From Leptospiraceae bacterium (GTDB lineage: Bacteria > Spirochaetota > Leptospiria > Leptospirales > Leptonemataceae): 64,000 nucleotides of DNA. Both the position numbers and the translations under genes were made by a program. Under the pieces are notes generated by a model that saw nothing but the letters and a program-made list of their open reading frames with translations, was not told where the DNA came from and searched no databases. The stretch's first letter is position 1. The number at the start of each line of letters is the position of its first letter. Shown piece by piece: positions 50,532 to 61,386 of the stretch. The DNA lies in contig JAVJNR010000004.1 in assembly GCA_040217195.1 (NCBI GenBank), forward strand, positions 320,001-384,000, written 5' to 3'.

Positions 50532-51656
50532 TCAAAATCCGATTTTTTTCCAACCCTCATAAAAGGACAGAAACTGCCCTCTTTGGATAGACTGTCGGGC
50601 CATCACAAAGAAGTCAAAGAAGAATTGTAAATTGTGTACGGTTAAGAGTCTTAAAGCTGTTATTTCTCCGGCCCGGAGTAAATGTCTAATATAACCTTTG
50701 CTAAAACGACGGCATGCCCGGCATTTGCATTGAGAATCCAGGGGCTCCTGGCTTTCCGTATGAATCGCATTGCGCAGATTTAATTTCCCCTGTCTTGTAT
50801 AAGCAATTCCATGCCTTGCATTTCTAGTAGGCAATACGCAGTCGAATAGATCAACTCCACAACGAATGGCTTCCAGGAAATCGGGAATTGTGCCTACGCC
50901 CATCAAATATCGCGGACGGTCTGGATCCAGTTCAGGCCCAAGATGATGAAGCACTCTATAGAAGTCTTCTCTGCTTTCACCAACTGAAAGACCTCCAATA
51001 GCAATGCCTGCGAAGGGCAAACTCTGGATCAATTTCAAAGATTCGGAACGTAAATCTGTATCGATTCCTCCCTGAGCAATGCCAAACAGGTTCTGATCTT
51101 GAAATCGGCCCTTCTGCTTTCGGGTTTCGAAGTATTCCAGCGATGTACGAGCCCAGCTATGAGTTCTTTCCAGAGATTCAGCCAGACGTTTTTCATCAGC
51201 ATCGCCCGGTGGACAATCATCCAGAACCATCATGATGTCAGATCCAAGCATTTCCTGAATATCAATCACCTTCTCAGGAGTAAAGAGATGGCGACTTCCA
51301 TCGATATGGCTCTGGAATTCTACGCCCCCTTTCACAAATTTTCTCATGGCTGCCAGGCTAAATACCTGAAATCCCCCTGAATCAGTGAGGATGGCTCCCT
51401 TCCAATCCATGAATTTCTTAACACCACCGAAAGTGCCAATGGTCTGGCCGGGCCTTAGATATAAATGATAGGTATTTGCAAGAATAAGCTCATAACCCAT
51501 ATCCTCTAGATCGTAAGAGTCCAGGGTTTTCACTGCTGCCTGGGTGCCTACCGGCATAAACATGGGAGTTTGAATCCTGGTTGGGCCCAGGTGCAGTTCT
51601 CCAGTTCTTGCCAGACAACCTGGATCTCGATCGAATTGCTGGAAGTTAAGGCTCAT
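50532..51656 (-). CDS. tgt: Queuine tRNA-ribosyltransferase
   Basis: TPMFMPVGT, ANTYHL, LTDSGGFQVFSL, GGLSVGE, DLFDCVLPTR, CKCRAC. Confidence 0.97.
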   Translation of the reverse strand: MSLNFQQFDRDPGCLARTGELHLGPTRIQTPMFMPVGTQAAVKTLDSYDLEDMGYELILANTYHLYLRPGQTIGTFGGVKKFMDWKGAILTDSGGFQVFSLAAMRKFVKGGVEFQSHIDGSRHLFTPEKVIDIQEMLGSDIMMVLDDCPPGDADEKRLAESLERTHSWARTSLEYFETRKQKGRFQDQNLFGIAQGGIDTDLRSESLKLIQSLPFAGIAIGGLSVGESREDFYRVLHHLGPELDPDRPRYLMGVGTIPDFLEAIRCGVDLFDCVLPTRNARHGIAYTRQGKLNLRNAIHTESQEPLDSQCKCRACRRFSKGYIRHLLRAGEITALRLLTVHNLQFFFDFFVMARQSIQRGQFLSFYEGWKKIGF

Positions 51657-51744
51657 AGATACCAGGAACCATTTCCTGTACTGCCTGAAAAAGGAAAGGA
51701 AAACCCGCTTTACTGTTACGGAACTCCAATAAGGTTCAGTAACA

Positions 51745-52740
51745 GTGTCTCACATTTATCAGCCAGACAGTTTTCAGGGAACCGGTCCATTAAAGAGAGG
51801 TCGAAGTAAACGAGCTTATTTTGAAGGCTGGTATCTAAAACATGTATCTGCGGACAGAAAGCATCGCTATGCATTCATTCTAGGTGTTTTCATTGCTCCC
51901 GATCGTAGCAATAGCCATGCATTCTTTCAGGTTCTGGATGGAATGAATGCACAGTATGAATATATTCGATTCCCGCTTCAGGACTTTGGCTATGTGGACA
52001 AGAAATTTCAGGGGAACCTTTCGCACAATCGATTCGGTTTAAGAGGTCTGAGTCTGGACCTGAAGGGACAAAAGTTCCAGATTCAGGGAGAATTGAATTA
52101 TCTGGATCCAGTGCGCTTTCCGGTTACATTTGGTAGCCCGGGAATTATGGGGCCCTTCGCATATACTCCATTCATGGAATGTTATCATGGTCTTGTTAGC
52201 CTGAACCATGGACTACAAGGAGCGCTAACCATCAACGGTCGAAACGTGGATTTTACCGGTGGCAAAGGATACATCGAAAAGGACTGGGGCAGAAATTTTC
52301 CTTCCGCTTATATCTGGATGCAATCCAATCATTTCAAGCAGGAAGGCTCACTCTTTGCCTCTGCGGCCAGAATCCCCTACATCACTGGAAGTTTCACAGG
52401 CTTTATCATGGCTCTATATTTCGATAATCAGCTATTGCGCTTTGCTACCTACACTGGCGCCAGGCTGGTGGACGTCAGAGTGTCCAGCAAGCAGGTATGG
52501 ATGACTGTAGAGGACAAAAAATACAGGTTGGAAATAGAGAGTCATCGATCCGAGGGCGCAGTACTTATGGCTCCCTACGAAAAAGAAATGATCGAGCGGG
52601 TGAGCGAAACTATGACTGCAAGGATTAGTTTTCAGCTTACGCAGCGCAAAGGCGGACAAATACTTCAGGAAGGCAACACAGACCTGGGAGCCCTGGAAGT
52701 GCAGGGAGACCTACCTCGAATCGCCACCGTACTGGACTGA
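51745..52740 (+). CDS. Tocopherol cyclase family protein
   Basis: YFEGWY, IMGPF..PFMECYH, GYIEKDWGRNFPSAYIW.QSN. Confidence 0.85.
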   Translation: MSHIYQPDSFQGTGPLKRGRSKRAYFEGWYLKHVSADRKHRYAFILGVFIAPDRSNSHAFFQVLDGMNAQYEYIRFPLQDFGYVDKKFQGNLSHNRFGLRGLSLDLKGQKFQIQGELNYLDPVRFPVTFGSPGIMGPFAYTPFMECYHGLVSLNHGLQGALTINGRNVDFTGGKGYIEKDWGRNFPSAYIWMQSNHFKQEGSLFASAARIPYITGSFTGFIMALYFDNQLLRFATYTGARLVDVRVSSKQVWMTVEDKKYRLEIESHRSEGAVLMAPYEKEMIERVSETMTARISFQLTQRKGGQILQEGNTDLGALEVQGDLPRIATVLD

Positions 52741-52785
52741 TCCATTGGCCGCATTCGCAGAGGCCTATCAGGCAAGAACCAGGAA

Positions 52786-54150
52786 TTAATTCAACATAGC
52801 GTCGGCACCTTCAAGAAAGCTTTTCAGGTTTCGCAGATCGCTATTTCGAGAACCGCCCTGAATCGCTTTTCGATAATGATGATCGATTACCTGGATCAAG
52901 GATTGCTTTTCTTTTTCCTTTAAGCCCGGAGTTGAAGGTAGATCATTTAGAACCATTGCATAGTACAGCGCCGCTATTGCATGGTATTCTGCAGGATCAA
53001 AACTGGTTTCTGGATGCGTGGTCCTACCGGCCTGATAATCCTGAAACCTCTTACCATATTCCGAATAACCGTAGAGGGCTTCTTCCAGACCTTTCAAAAG
53101 GTCTCCGGTCTGGGCTCTATAACGATCGTATTGGGCTCTCTGTTCTGCGTCGGACTGGCTGGAAAAGAATTCCATTAGATAATATCCAGCCCTGGCTGCA
53201 TGCAACTTACAGTCCGGATGGTCCGTAACGGACCTGCAGGCTGCGGCCACTTCATCAATACGCTGAAGATGTCTGGTTGGGCTGGCAGACGTTCCTGTGT
53301 ATCGATCTTGCATATAGGCAAGATGCAATGTTTCCATGTAATTAATGCTGAATGCGAAAGTCTCAGATGCATAATAAAAATGCTCCCGATTCTGCCAGGC
53401 CTTTTGCAGCGAAGAAAGAGCACGCACAGGATACTCTCCACTGTCGCGCGCTTCTTTAAGATATAGTTCTCCCAGCGCGGCATGGGCTTCCGGAAGATTC
53501 TTGTCTGCCCTTAGAGCATCCTGATAGGCCGCGATAGCTTTTTCGAACTCACCGCGATCCATGAACATGTCTCCTCGTTTTTTGATCACTCTGGCCTGCT
53601 CCAGATTCTCCGATTCTAAAGTTCTGGCCACAAATTGACCCTCGCGAACCCGAAGAAGATTGCCCTGCCCGGTCAGAACCCATCCATAGAAGGGGTTATT
53701 CAAAATAGATTCTACGGTAATTTCAGCCACAATGAGTCCATTTCTGTACTTCTTATGGTGAGGATTCTTTTCGATAACATAGAGTTTCTGGCCCACCCGA
53801 AGACCTTCCCGGTTCATTACCCGAACGGTTACCTGGTCTTTTCGAACATCGTAGTTTTGATAGGGAGACTCTCGATCGAAACTCTGGGCCGCTTTGATTT
53901 TGCTTTTAATTTCTCCCACCAGAATCATTTTCATCGGTCGGGCCCTTTCATAGTTCCTGAACGCGTAAACAATCTCCCTTCTTTCCCGGGCCAGGCCTGC
54001 ATCACTCAGTAGGATCAGAGAGGCCAGACCCAGTAGCAGGAGCCGGCCGGCTCCACGTGCTTCCAACAGAACCCGGAAGGACCATCGGCCCAGGGAGCGT
54101 ATGGACTCTAGATTGATGAGTCTAAAGAATCGATGGATGAGTGCAGGCAT
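52786..54150 (-). CDS. Exported tetratricopeptide-repeat protein
   Basis: [36 protein letters not shown]; signal-like hydrophobic segment. Start uncertain. Confidence 0.8.
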   Translation of the reverse strand: MPALIHRFFRLINLESIRSLGRWSFRVLLEARGAGRLLLLGLASLILLSDAGLARERREIVYAFRNYERARPMKMILVGEIKSKIKAAQSFDRESPYQNYDVRKDQVTVRVMNREGLRVGQKLYVIEKNPHHKKYRNGLIVAEITVESILNNPFYGWVLTGQGNLLRVREGQFVARTLESENLEQARVIKKRGDMFMDRGEFEKAIAAYQDALRADKNLPEAHAALGELYLKEARDSGEYPVRALSSLQKAWQNREHFYYASETFAFSINYMETLHLAYMQDRYTGTSASPTRHLQRIDEVAAACRSVTDHPDCKLHAARAGYYLMEFFSSQSDAEQRAQYDRYRAQTGDLLKGLEEALYGYSEYGKRFQDYQAGRTTHPETSFDPAEYHAIAALYYAMVLNDLPSTPGLKEKEKQSLIQVIDHHYRKAIQGGSRNSDLRNLKSFLEGADAMLN

Positions 54151-54233
54151 ACTATAGTAAATATCGGGCTGATCGGTCTGCCTTTGTAGCTGAAAACGGT
54201 GGCCACAGCAGCACAATTTTCACTCATGGGACT

Positions 54234-56909
54234 ATGAGTTATCCCTTTCAAGAGCTGGAAGCACGATGGCAGAAATACTGGGAGGAGAATCAGACCTTCC
54301 AGACCCGACAGGCCGGCGATAGTCCTACTTATTATGTACTGGATATGTTTCCGTATCCCTCCGGCCAGGGATTGCATGTGGGGCATCCGGAAGGCTACAC
54401 CGCCACAGACATCATGGCCCGTTTTAAGCGGATGAACGGATATAGAGTATTGCATCCAATGGGATGGGATGCCTTCGGATTGCCTGCAGAACGCTACGCA
54501 ATGCAAACCGGAATTCATCCAGCAGAAACCACTCGAAAAAACATTGATAACTTTCGCAGGCAGCTAAAGAGTCTGGGATTTTCCTATGACTGGCAAAGAG
54601 AGATAAACACTACCGATCCCCATTACTACCGATGGACTCAATGGATCTTTCTTAAGATCTACAATTCATTCTACGATCAAAAGCAAAATAAGGCACGACC
54701 AATCCAGGAGCTGAAGATACCCGCTGAACTGGAGAAGAAGGGAAAGGAAAAAGAAAAACGGGAATTCATAGAGAACCATAGGCTTGCTTACGTAGATGAA
54801 GCGCCTGTTAATTTCTGTCCTGAGCTTGGCACGGTTCTGGCCAACGAAGAAGTGGATGAATGGACCTCAAAAGGCTACACTGTTGTGCGAAAACCTATGC
54901 GACAATGGATGCTTCGCATCACAGCTTACGCAGAAAGGTTGCTGGATGATCTAAAGCTTGTGGACTGGCCGGCAGGCACACTGGAGCTCCAGAAGAACTG
55001 GATTGGAAAATCAGAAGGTGCCATGGTTCGGTTTTCCATCGCGTCTGAGTCTGTTACAAAAAAAAGCACAAAGAAATCGGCAAAGAAGACCAGCAAGAAA
55101 TCCGCAAAAAAGACTGCTGCAAAAAAGAAAGAGTCGCTCAGCAATTCGGAAAACGCCTTCATTGATGTCTATACAACCAGGCCGGATACTCTATTTGGAG
55201 CATCTTATATGGTTCTGGCGCCGGAGCATCCTCTGGTAGAATCAATCGTTACGCCAGCGAAGAAAAAGGAAGTTCAGAAATATGTAGAAGAGGCATCCCG
55301 CAAATCAGAAAGGGACCGTCAGATTCAGGGCGAAAAAGCTGAAAAAACTGGAGTATTTACCGGCTCCTATGCGATGAATCCAGTGAATGATGAAAAATTG
55401 CCCATCTGGATTGCAGATTACGTATTAATGGGATACGGCACTGGCGCTATCATGGCAGTTCCTGCCCACGATGAAAGGGATTTCGCCTTCGCAAAAAAAT
55501 TTGATCTACCGATCAAAACAGTTGTAGCTCCCGGGAAAAGCAAGGAAGAGTTTGAAGTCACGGAAGAAGCATTCAGTGGAGAAGGAGTCTCCGTTAACTC
55601 TGGTATGATCTCCGGTCTTTCCACAAAGGATGCGAAAGCGAAAATTATTGAGCATTTAGAAAGCCAGGGCCTGGGTGAAAGACAGATCAATTATCGATTA
55701 AGAGATTGGTTGTTTTCCAGACAGAGATATTGGGGAGAGCCTATTCCCATTTCATTTGACGAAGATGGAAATCAGTACGCTCTTTCTGAGGACGAGCTAC
55801 CGCTCATGCTTCCACCATCCGATGACTTTAAACCTGCTGAAACCGGCGAAAGCCCGCTGGCAAGACTGGGGGACTGGCTGGAACATACAATCAAGGATGA
55901 TTCCGGCAATGAGATCAAGGTGCGTCGAGAAACCAATACTATGCCTCAGTGGGCTGGTAGTTGCTGGTATTATCTACGTTTCATAGACCCGGACAATGAA
56001 GAAAACATATTTGATCCGGAAAGTGAAAAAGCCTGGATGGGCACCGATGGCGTGGACCTGTATGTTGGAGGCGCTGAACACGCAGTATTGCACCTACTGT
56101 ACGCTCGTTTCTGGCATAAAGTACTGTTCGACTATAACGTTGTAAACAGCCCCGAACCCTTTCATAAGCTAATCCATCAAGGACTGATTCTGGGCGAGGA
56201 TGGACAGAAAATGTCTAAATCCAGGGGTAACGTTGTTAATCCGGATGATGTAATTGAAAGCTGGGGAGCAGATTCCTTTCGTTTATATGAAATGTTTATG
56301 GGACCACTGGAAGCCATGAAGCCCTGGTCTCCCCGGGGAATTGAAGGTGTATTTCGATTTCTGTCCCGTGCATGGAGGATGTTTGTAGATGAGTCCGGCC
56401 AGTTTCAATCCTCAGTTTTGGAGGAACCGAAAGGAGATGCGAAACGAAAAGTTGAGCAAGTAACTCATAGCACAATCAAGAAAGTTACCCATGACATTGA
56501 AAGACTGAGCTTCAATACGGCTATTAGTCAGTTGATGATCTATGTAAATGAATTGAATCGAGAATCAGTGGGTAAATTCTCTGCGGAATCCTTTATCAAG
56601 CTTCTGGCTCCTTTCGCCCCTCATATTGCGGAAGAACTCTGGAGTCGCCTGGGGCACTCAGAAAGCCTGAGCGAAGCGAGCTGGCCTGAATTCGATGAAT
56701 CTCTGGCCGCTGCCGATGAAATTGAGGTAGTATTCCAGGTAAACGGAAAGATTCGCGCCAGAGCAAGCGTTTCCCCGGATGTATCAAAAGAAGAACTGCA
56801 AAACCTGGCTCAGGAAAATGAATCGGTGATGAGCTACACCGAAGGTAAGGAAATAATCAAAGTGATCGTAGTTCCAGGTAAACTGGTAAATATCGTGGTC
56901 AAAGGATAG
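54234..56909 (+). CDS. leuS: Leucine--tRNA ligase
   Basis: MFPYPSG.GLHVGH, TTRPDT editing motif, [17 protein letters not shown]. Confidence 0.98.
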   Translation: MSYPFQELEARWQKYWEENQTFQTRQAGDSPTYYVLDMFPYPSGQGLHVGHPEGYTATDIMARFKRMNGYRVLHPMGWDAFGLPAERYAMQTGIHPAETTRKNIDNFRRQLKSLGFSYDWQREINTTDPHYYRWTQWIFLKIYNSFYDQKQNKARPIQELKIPAELEKKGKEKEKREFIENHRLAYVDEAPVNFCPELGTVLANEEVDEWTSKGYTVVRKPMRQWMLRITAYAERLLDDLKLVDWPAGTLELQKNWIGKSEGAMVRFSIASESVTKKSTKKSAKKTSKKSAKKTAAKKKESLSNSENAFIDVYTTRPDTLFGASYMVLAPEHPLVESIVTPAKKKEVQKYVEEASRKSERDRQIQGEKAEKTGVFTGSYAMNPVNDEKLPIWIADYVLMGYGTGAIMAVPAHDERDFAFAKKFDLPIKTVVAPGKSKEEFEVTEEAFSGEGVSVNSGMISGLSTKDAKAKIIEHLESQGLGERQINYRLRDWLFSRQRYWGEPIPISFDEDGNQYALSEDELPLMLPPSDDFKPAETGESPLARLGDWLEHTIKDDSGNEIKVRRETNTMPQWAGSCWYYLRFIDPDNEENIFDPESEKAWMGTDGVDLYVGGAEHAVLHLLYARFWHKVLFDYNVVNSPEPFHKLIHQGLILGEDGQKMSKSRGNVVNPDDVIESWGADSFRLYEMFMGPLEAMKPWSPRGIEGVFRFLSRAWRMFVDESGQFQSSVLEEPKGDAKRKVEQVTHSTIKKVTHDIERLSFNTAISQLMIYVNELNRESVGKFSAESFIKLLAPFAPHIAEELWSRLGHSESLSEASWPEFDESLAAADEIEVVFQVNGKIRARASVSPDVSKEELQNLAQENESVMSYTEGKEIIKVIVVPGKLVNIVVKG

Positions 56910-57049
56910 ATTTCGCAGGGCGCATAAGCGACAACAAGTGGCCGCTGAAAGTGTACAGGCCGGGGGCTCGAGGGGTGTCGCAGGACAGATTGCTGGCCGA
57001 ATTAGAGTGAGAGGTTTTGATCTTTGCAAAGAAATAGAACGGAAGTGTC

Positions 57050-57625
57050 ATGTCGAATTTAAGAACCAAAGAGCGATTTTTGAAGGAACTGGAAATTTTT
57101 CATGAGAAGAGCTACGCAATAGCCACAAAACTGGATGCAAATACCTTTTTCGCCAGGCCAGAAGCAGGCTGGTCGGTGGCCGAAAATTATATTCATATGG
57201 CCAAAGTGCTAAGAAGCATGGCATTGATCTTTGCTCCGATAAGCGTTCCACTGATTGCTCTCATGGGAAAGAGCAATGGCAATCCGCCTTCGCTGGAACA
57301 ATTCATGAAGGACTATCATTCTGGACTGGAGAAAGGATTTCATTCCGGTCCTTTTGCTCCGGCCCGGGAAAATCCAAATATCAAGGATCCGGTACAGAGA
57401 CAGAATGAAATCTTGCAGGAATGGAGGGATTCTTTTAAGCCCATGGCGGCCCGTCTGGAAGGATTTACAGATGATGAATTAATGAAAAAGCAATTCTATC
57501 ATCCCATTCTGGGTAAGGTAATTTTGATGGATATGGCCTATATGGCCATATTTCATAGTATGCATCATCTTAAGAAGGCGTCCAGGAAGGCCGGTACCAA
57601 TCTACTTCCGCCCTCCCTATTTTAA
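57050..57625 (+). CDS. DinB-family protein
   Basis: WSVAENYIH, HPILG, HSMHH. Confidence 0.8.
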   Translation: MSNLRTKERFLKELEIFHEKSYAIATKLDANTFFARPEAGWSVAENYIHMAKVLRSMALIFAPISVPLIALMGKSNGNPPSLEQFMKDYHSGLEKGFHSGPFAPARENPNIKDPVQRQNEILQEWRDSFKPMAARLEGFTDDELMKKQFYHPILGKVILMDMAYMAIFHSMHHLKKASRKAGTNLLPPSLF

Positions 57626-57689
57626 AGAGAGCAAGCTACGCTAATCCTTCGACGGTTTGCGAAATCCTGATGGAATCATATCCAGACAA

Positions 57690-59606
57690 TTAATGCTTTG
57701 CTGTGCTTCCTGCAGACCACAGTCCCTGCAACTCACCGAATGGCATAGGTTCAGCCATCAAGAAACCCTGAAGCTGATCGCATCCCATATCCTGGAGTAA
57801 TTTCTTCTGTGCATCGTTTTCCACTCCCTCTGCGATGATTGTTAATTGCAGGGTATGCGCCAGATAAACCATCATTTCTACGATAGATCGATCCTGGAAA
57901 CTCCGATCCATGTCACGCACGAAGGAACGATCTATCTTTAGTCGGTGAACCGGAAGAGCCTTGAGTATACTCAATGAGGAATAACCGGTGCCAAAATCAT
58001 CGATTGCAAATTCAATTCCTTCCTGGCCCATATCCCGAAGCATTCGATCCACAAAGTCCACGTCGTGGAAAATAGTACTTTCAGTAATTTCGAATTCCAG
58101 GCGCCCCGGAGAAACGCCGGATTCTTCAATCTTCGAAAGCAATGTACCCACCAGATTCTCCTGAGTAAATTGCATGGGAGACAGGTTCACAGAAATCCTG
58201 AAGTTCTCTGGTAGTTCGCTGCCTTTTAGATCCTGCAATACCGTTTCCAAAACAAATTCGCCAAGCTTCAGAATGGCTCCGCTGGATTCGGCGATGGGAA
58301 TAAAAATGCCAGGAGAGATTTCACCGAACCTGGGATGATTCCATCGAAGTAATGCCTCGGCTCCAACCATTTCATTTGAACGAAGATCATATTGCGGTTG
58401 ATATACGCAGAACATTTCTTCACGTTCATGAGCCTCATATAGATCACGCTTGAGCTCCAGCCTGCGCAAAACTTCGGTGCTTCGCAATTCACCAAACGTT
58501 CGATGTTCAATGCCTGCATTCTTTGCATCTGCAAGGGCCAGGGATGCATGACGATAGAGCTCATCCGCAGTGCTGCCCTCTTCAGGAAAAGTGCATGCGC
58601 CCATTCGGAGCTCCAGGTTTACGCGATGACGATCCATAACCAGAGGAGTCTTCCAGGCCTGCAGAACCAATTGCATGATATGACTGAGAGAGGAGGCCTC
58701 GGTGATGATTGCGAATTGCTTTCCTCCTACCCGGGAAAGTAGAGTTTTCTCTGGAAGTATTTGTTCCAGGCGCCTGGCCGCATTGATAAGAACTCGGTCC
58801 GCCACTTCGCGGCCCCAGGAATCATTTAACTGTCCCAGATTCTTAAGATCCACAAGAATCAAATGAAACTCTGTTTGCGAATAGGTTCTTCGAGTCATAC
58901 TTGTCATCATATGACGCCGGTTGGGCAATTCAGTTAGCAGATCATGATTCGCATTAAAAGCAGCGGCTCGAGCCAATCGATCCAGAAGACTTCGTCGTCT
59001 GTTCTGGCCTATGATAAGTAAGCTGATGCTCAGATAGGTCATAAGAGCCACAGCCCCCATAAACCCGAAAGGAGCCACCGCTTCGATGGGACGCAACACA
59101 GGATAGTTCAGCTTATGTGCACCCCATAGAACTGCAGCGGTGCATGCGAAGCCGTATCCAGTACCGGGATGCTTTTCTTTCAGGAGCCAGAAAAGTCGGG
59201 CTGTAAAGAAAAGCGACAGTCCGGCGAAAATATAAACCGGTGTGGTTCTCCAGAGGAATTCAGGATGAACAAATGATGTAAAATAGAGCCAGCCTCCGCT
59301 GATCAGCAACACCAGAACAATGGAATATCGCGAAACCTTTATCCCGGTGAGCCTGGTAGCTCCAAAGAAAATCAAGTACATGGCCACGCTATGCGCCATC
59401 TCTCCCAGGAATTGAGACAATGGCCGACCTATGACTGGTTCCAGCATCCAGACAAGGTACCTTAAAGAGACCAGAGCGATACCGGAAGCCCAGTATCTAA
59501 TGAAAGAAATACGACTGGCCTTCAAAGAGGCCTGCCATAACCCCAGGGAGAGAACCATCGAAACAACGAACGCTGCTTGAATCGCAGTTTGAATAGAAAA
59601 CCCCAT
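57690..59606 (-). CDS. Membrane sensor + degenerate GGDEF + EAL protein
   Basis: About seven N-terminal TM helices, HDLLTELPNR, GGKQF, EALLRW, DDFGTGYSS. Confidence 0.92.
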   Translation of the reverse strand: MGFSIQTAIQAAFVVSMVLSLGLWQASLKASRISFIRYWASGIALVSLRYLVWMLEPVIGRPLSQFLGEMAHSVAMYLIFFGATRLTGIKVSRYSIVLVLLISGGWLYFTSFVHPEFLWRTTPVYIFAGLSLFFTARLFWLLKEKHPGTGYGFACTAAVLWGAHKLNYPVLRPIEAVAPFGFMGAVALMTYLSISLLIIGQNRRRSLLDRLARAAAFNANHDLLTELPNRRHMMTSMTRRTYSQTEFHLILVDLKNLGQLNDSWGREVADRVLINAARRLEQILPEKTLLSRVGGKQFAIITEASSLSHIMQLVLQAWKTPLVMDRHRVNLELRMGACTFPEEGSTADELYRHASLALADAKNAGIEHRTFGELRSTEVLRRLELKRDLYEAHEREEMFCVYQPQYDLRSNEMVGAEALLRWNHPRFGEISPGIFIPIAESSGAILKLGEFVLETVLQDLKGSELPENFRISVNLSPMQFTQENLVGTLLSKIEESGVSPGRLEFEITESTIFHDVDFVDRMLRDMGQEGIEFAIDDFGTGYSSLSILKALPVHRLKIDRSFVRDMDRSFQDRSIVEMMVYLAHTLQLTIIAEGVENDAQKKLLQDMGCDQLQGFLMAEPMPFGELQGLWSAGSTAKH

Positions 59607-59722
59607 GGCTTCACTGAGCAGAAGACCTTAATTCGGGCCAGTCAAGGGAATTCCGATTTAAGTTAGGACAAAATCAAAAAAAGGTAAACTTCTCTAAATA
59701 AAACTTAAGAGCAGTCCATGGA

Positions 59723-60739
59723 CTAAATACTAATGCAGATCTTGCCAAAATGCGATCCACCTTTCAGGTAATCGAATGCCTTGGCTGCTTCTTCGAAAGG
59801 AAATACCCGATCCACCACAGGCTTAATCTTATGTACGTCCACGGCACGGTTCATATTTTGAAAAGATCTGCGGCTGCCCACAACTACACCCTGAATACGG
59901 ATATCCTGCATCAGCACAGGTGTTAAGTCCAGGGGAGCTTCTTTGCCAGCCAGCACACCGATGAGATAGATGGAGCCACCGGGCCGTACACTCCGGATAG
60001 ATTTCTCCAGAGTGCCCACACCGCCCACTTCTACGATATGGTCCACTCCCTGGCCACCGGTTAACTTGAATACATCCCGATCCCAGTTCGCATTACTGCG
60101 ATAATTGATCAAATGATGGGCACCCATCTTGCTTGCTCGTTCTAGTTTTTCATCGCTGCCGGAAGTGATAATTATCTCAGCACCCAGCACCTTTCCAAAT
60201 TGCAGAGCAAATGTACTGACTCCTCCAGTGCCCAGAATCAATAGCTTCTGTCCGGGTCTCACAGGGCCTCGCTCCACCAGAGCACTCCAGGCTGTGAGAC
60301 CAGCGCATGGAAGTGCAGCCGCCTCTTCATCGGATAAATGCTCGGGAACTTCCACAACATCTGCCTCGGGCACCACCATGAACTGTTGCAACGTACCATT
60401 CAGCGGACCACCATGGGTTCGCTTTAGCATCTCCCTGAACGGAGGACCATCGTGCCAGGTACGGGCGAATATAGGACTGACTCGAGTGCCTGTTTTGGTA
60501 GAGCAGCCTTCGCCCGCCTCTTCCACAAGTCCCACTCCATCGGAACAGGGAACCAGAGGCATTTTTAACCTTGGATTATAGTTTCCGGTTACCATGAGAA
60601 GATCCCTATAATTCAAAGAAGCCGCTTTCATACGAATCAGCAGCTCACCGGGCCCGGGCTGGGGCATGGGAAGCTCTTCTATCTTTAATTGATCGAGACC
60701 AAAGGATTGAATTACATGCGCTTTCTGTGTTGCACTCAT
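59723..60739 (-). CDS. MDR-superfamily NAD(P)-dependent alcohol dehydrogenase-like oxidoreductase
   Basis: SLNYRD, PCSDGVG, LPCAGLTAW, GTGGVS, HFGKI. Confidence 0.93.
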   Translation of the reverse strand: MSATQKAHVIQSFGLDQLKIEELPMPQPGPGELLIRMKAASLNYRDLLMVTGNYNPRLKMPLVPCSDGVGLVEEAGEGCSTKTGTRVSPIFARTWHDGPPFREMLKRTHGGPLNGTLQQFMVVPEADVVEVPEHLSDEEAAALPCAGLTAWSALVERGPVRPGQKLLILGTGGVSTFALQFGKVLGAEIIITSGSDEKLERASKMGAHHLINYRSNANWDRDVFKLTGGQGVDHIVEVGGVGTLEKSIRSVRPGGSIYLIGVLAGKEAPLDLTPVLMQDIRIQGVVVGSRRSFQNMNRAVDVHKIKPVVDRVFPFEEAAKAFDYLKGGSHFGKICISI

Positions 60740-60763
60740 TGAAGGAACCTGCTCATTGGTTTT

Positions 60764-61216
60764 GTGGATTCAGAGACACTTTTTCCGGAACCAAAAAGAT
60801 ATCTATACTGTGATGGTGCAAGTAAAGGAAATCCGGGACCGGCGTCCATCGGTGCTGTAATCTATGGAAAAGATCCTGAATCCGACTCCAATGCATCAGA
60901 ATTGCTGCAAATCAGCAAATCTATAGGCCGAGCCACGAACAATGTGGCAGAATACAGATCATTGCTGGAAGGACTGAAAGCCCTTCAAAAGGACCTGGGC
61001 AATGAATTCGGTCATACAAAGATTCATATTCGGATGGATTCTCAGCTGGTTATCAGACAGATTGAAGGCCAATACCGGGTGAAGAATGAGAGCCTTAAGC
61101 CTCTATATCAAGAAGCACTATCTGTTTTGAAGGCAGCACGCTCCTTTAAAGTGCAGCATATACCACGAGAACTGAATAAGCGGGCGGATGCTCTGGCCAA
61201 TGAAGCATTGAAATAG
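60764..61216 (+). CDS. rnhA: Ribonuclease HI family protein
   Basis: DGASKGNPG, TNNVAEY, DSQLV, NKRADALAN. Confidence 0.9.
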   Translation: MDSETLFPEPKRYLYCDGASKGNPGPASIGAVIYGKDPESDSNASELLQISKSIGRATNNVAEYRSLLEGLKALQKDLGNEFGHTKIHIRMDSQLVIRQIEGQYRVKNESLKPLYQEALSVLKAARSFKVQHIPRELNKRADALANEALK

Positions 61217-61306
61217 CGATCCGTAAGTGGAGGTATTGTTTTATCCTCTTGTGCGGTGCATTAATGCTTTATTCTGGCTTCGGCAAGGAATAAAATCGTT
61301 TTTTAT

Positions 61307-61336
61307 TTGACGACCGGGTATATGGAAACGCATACT
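61307..61336 (+). promoter_or_regulatory. Sigma-70 promoter of ompL1
   Basis: TTGACG-N18-CATACT, AT-rich upstream region, GGAGGA RBS downstream. Confidence 0.55.
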
Positions 61337-61386
61337 CGCGCTTAAATTCGGCTTCTCGCTGAAAATATCGGAGGATTGCAACTTTC

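Noticed and set aside
54141..54233. N-terminal extensions of leuS and the TPR gene, giving a head-to-head overlap
   Set aside because: Downstream ATGs (54234 and 54150) give normal N-termini with no overlap.
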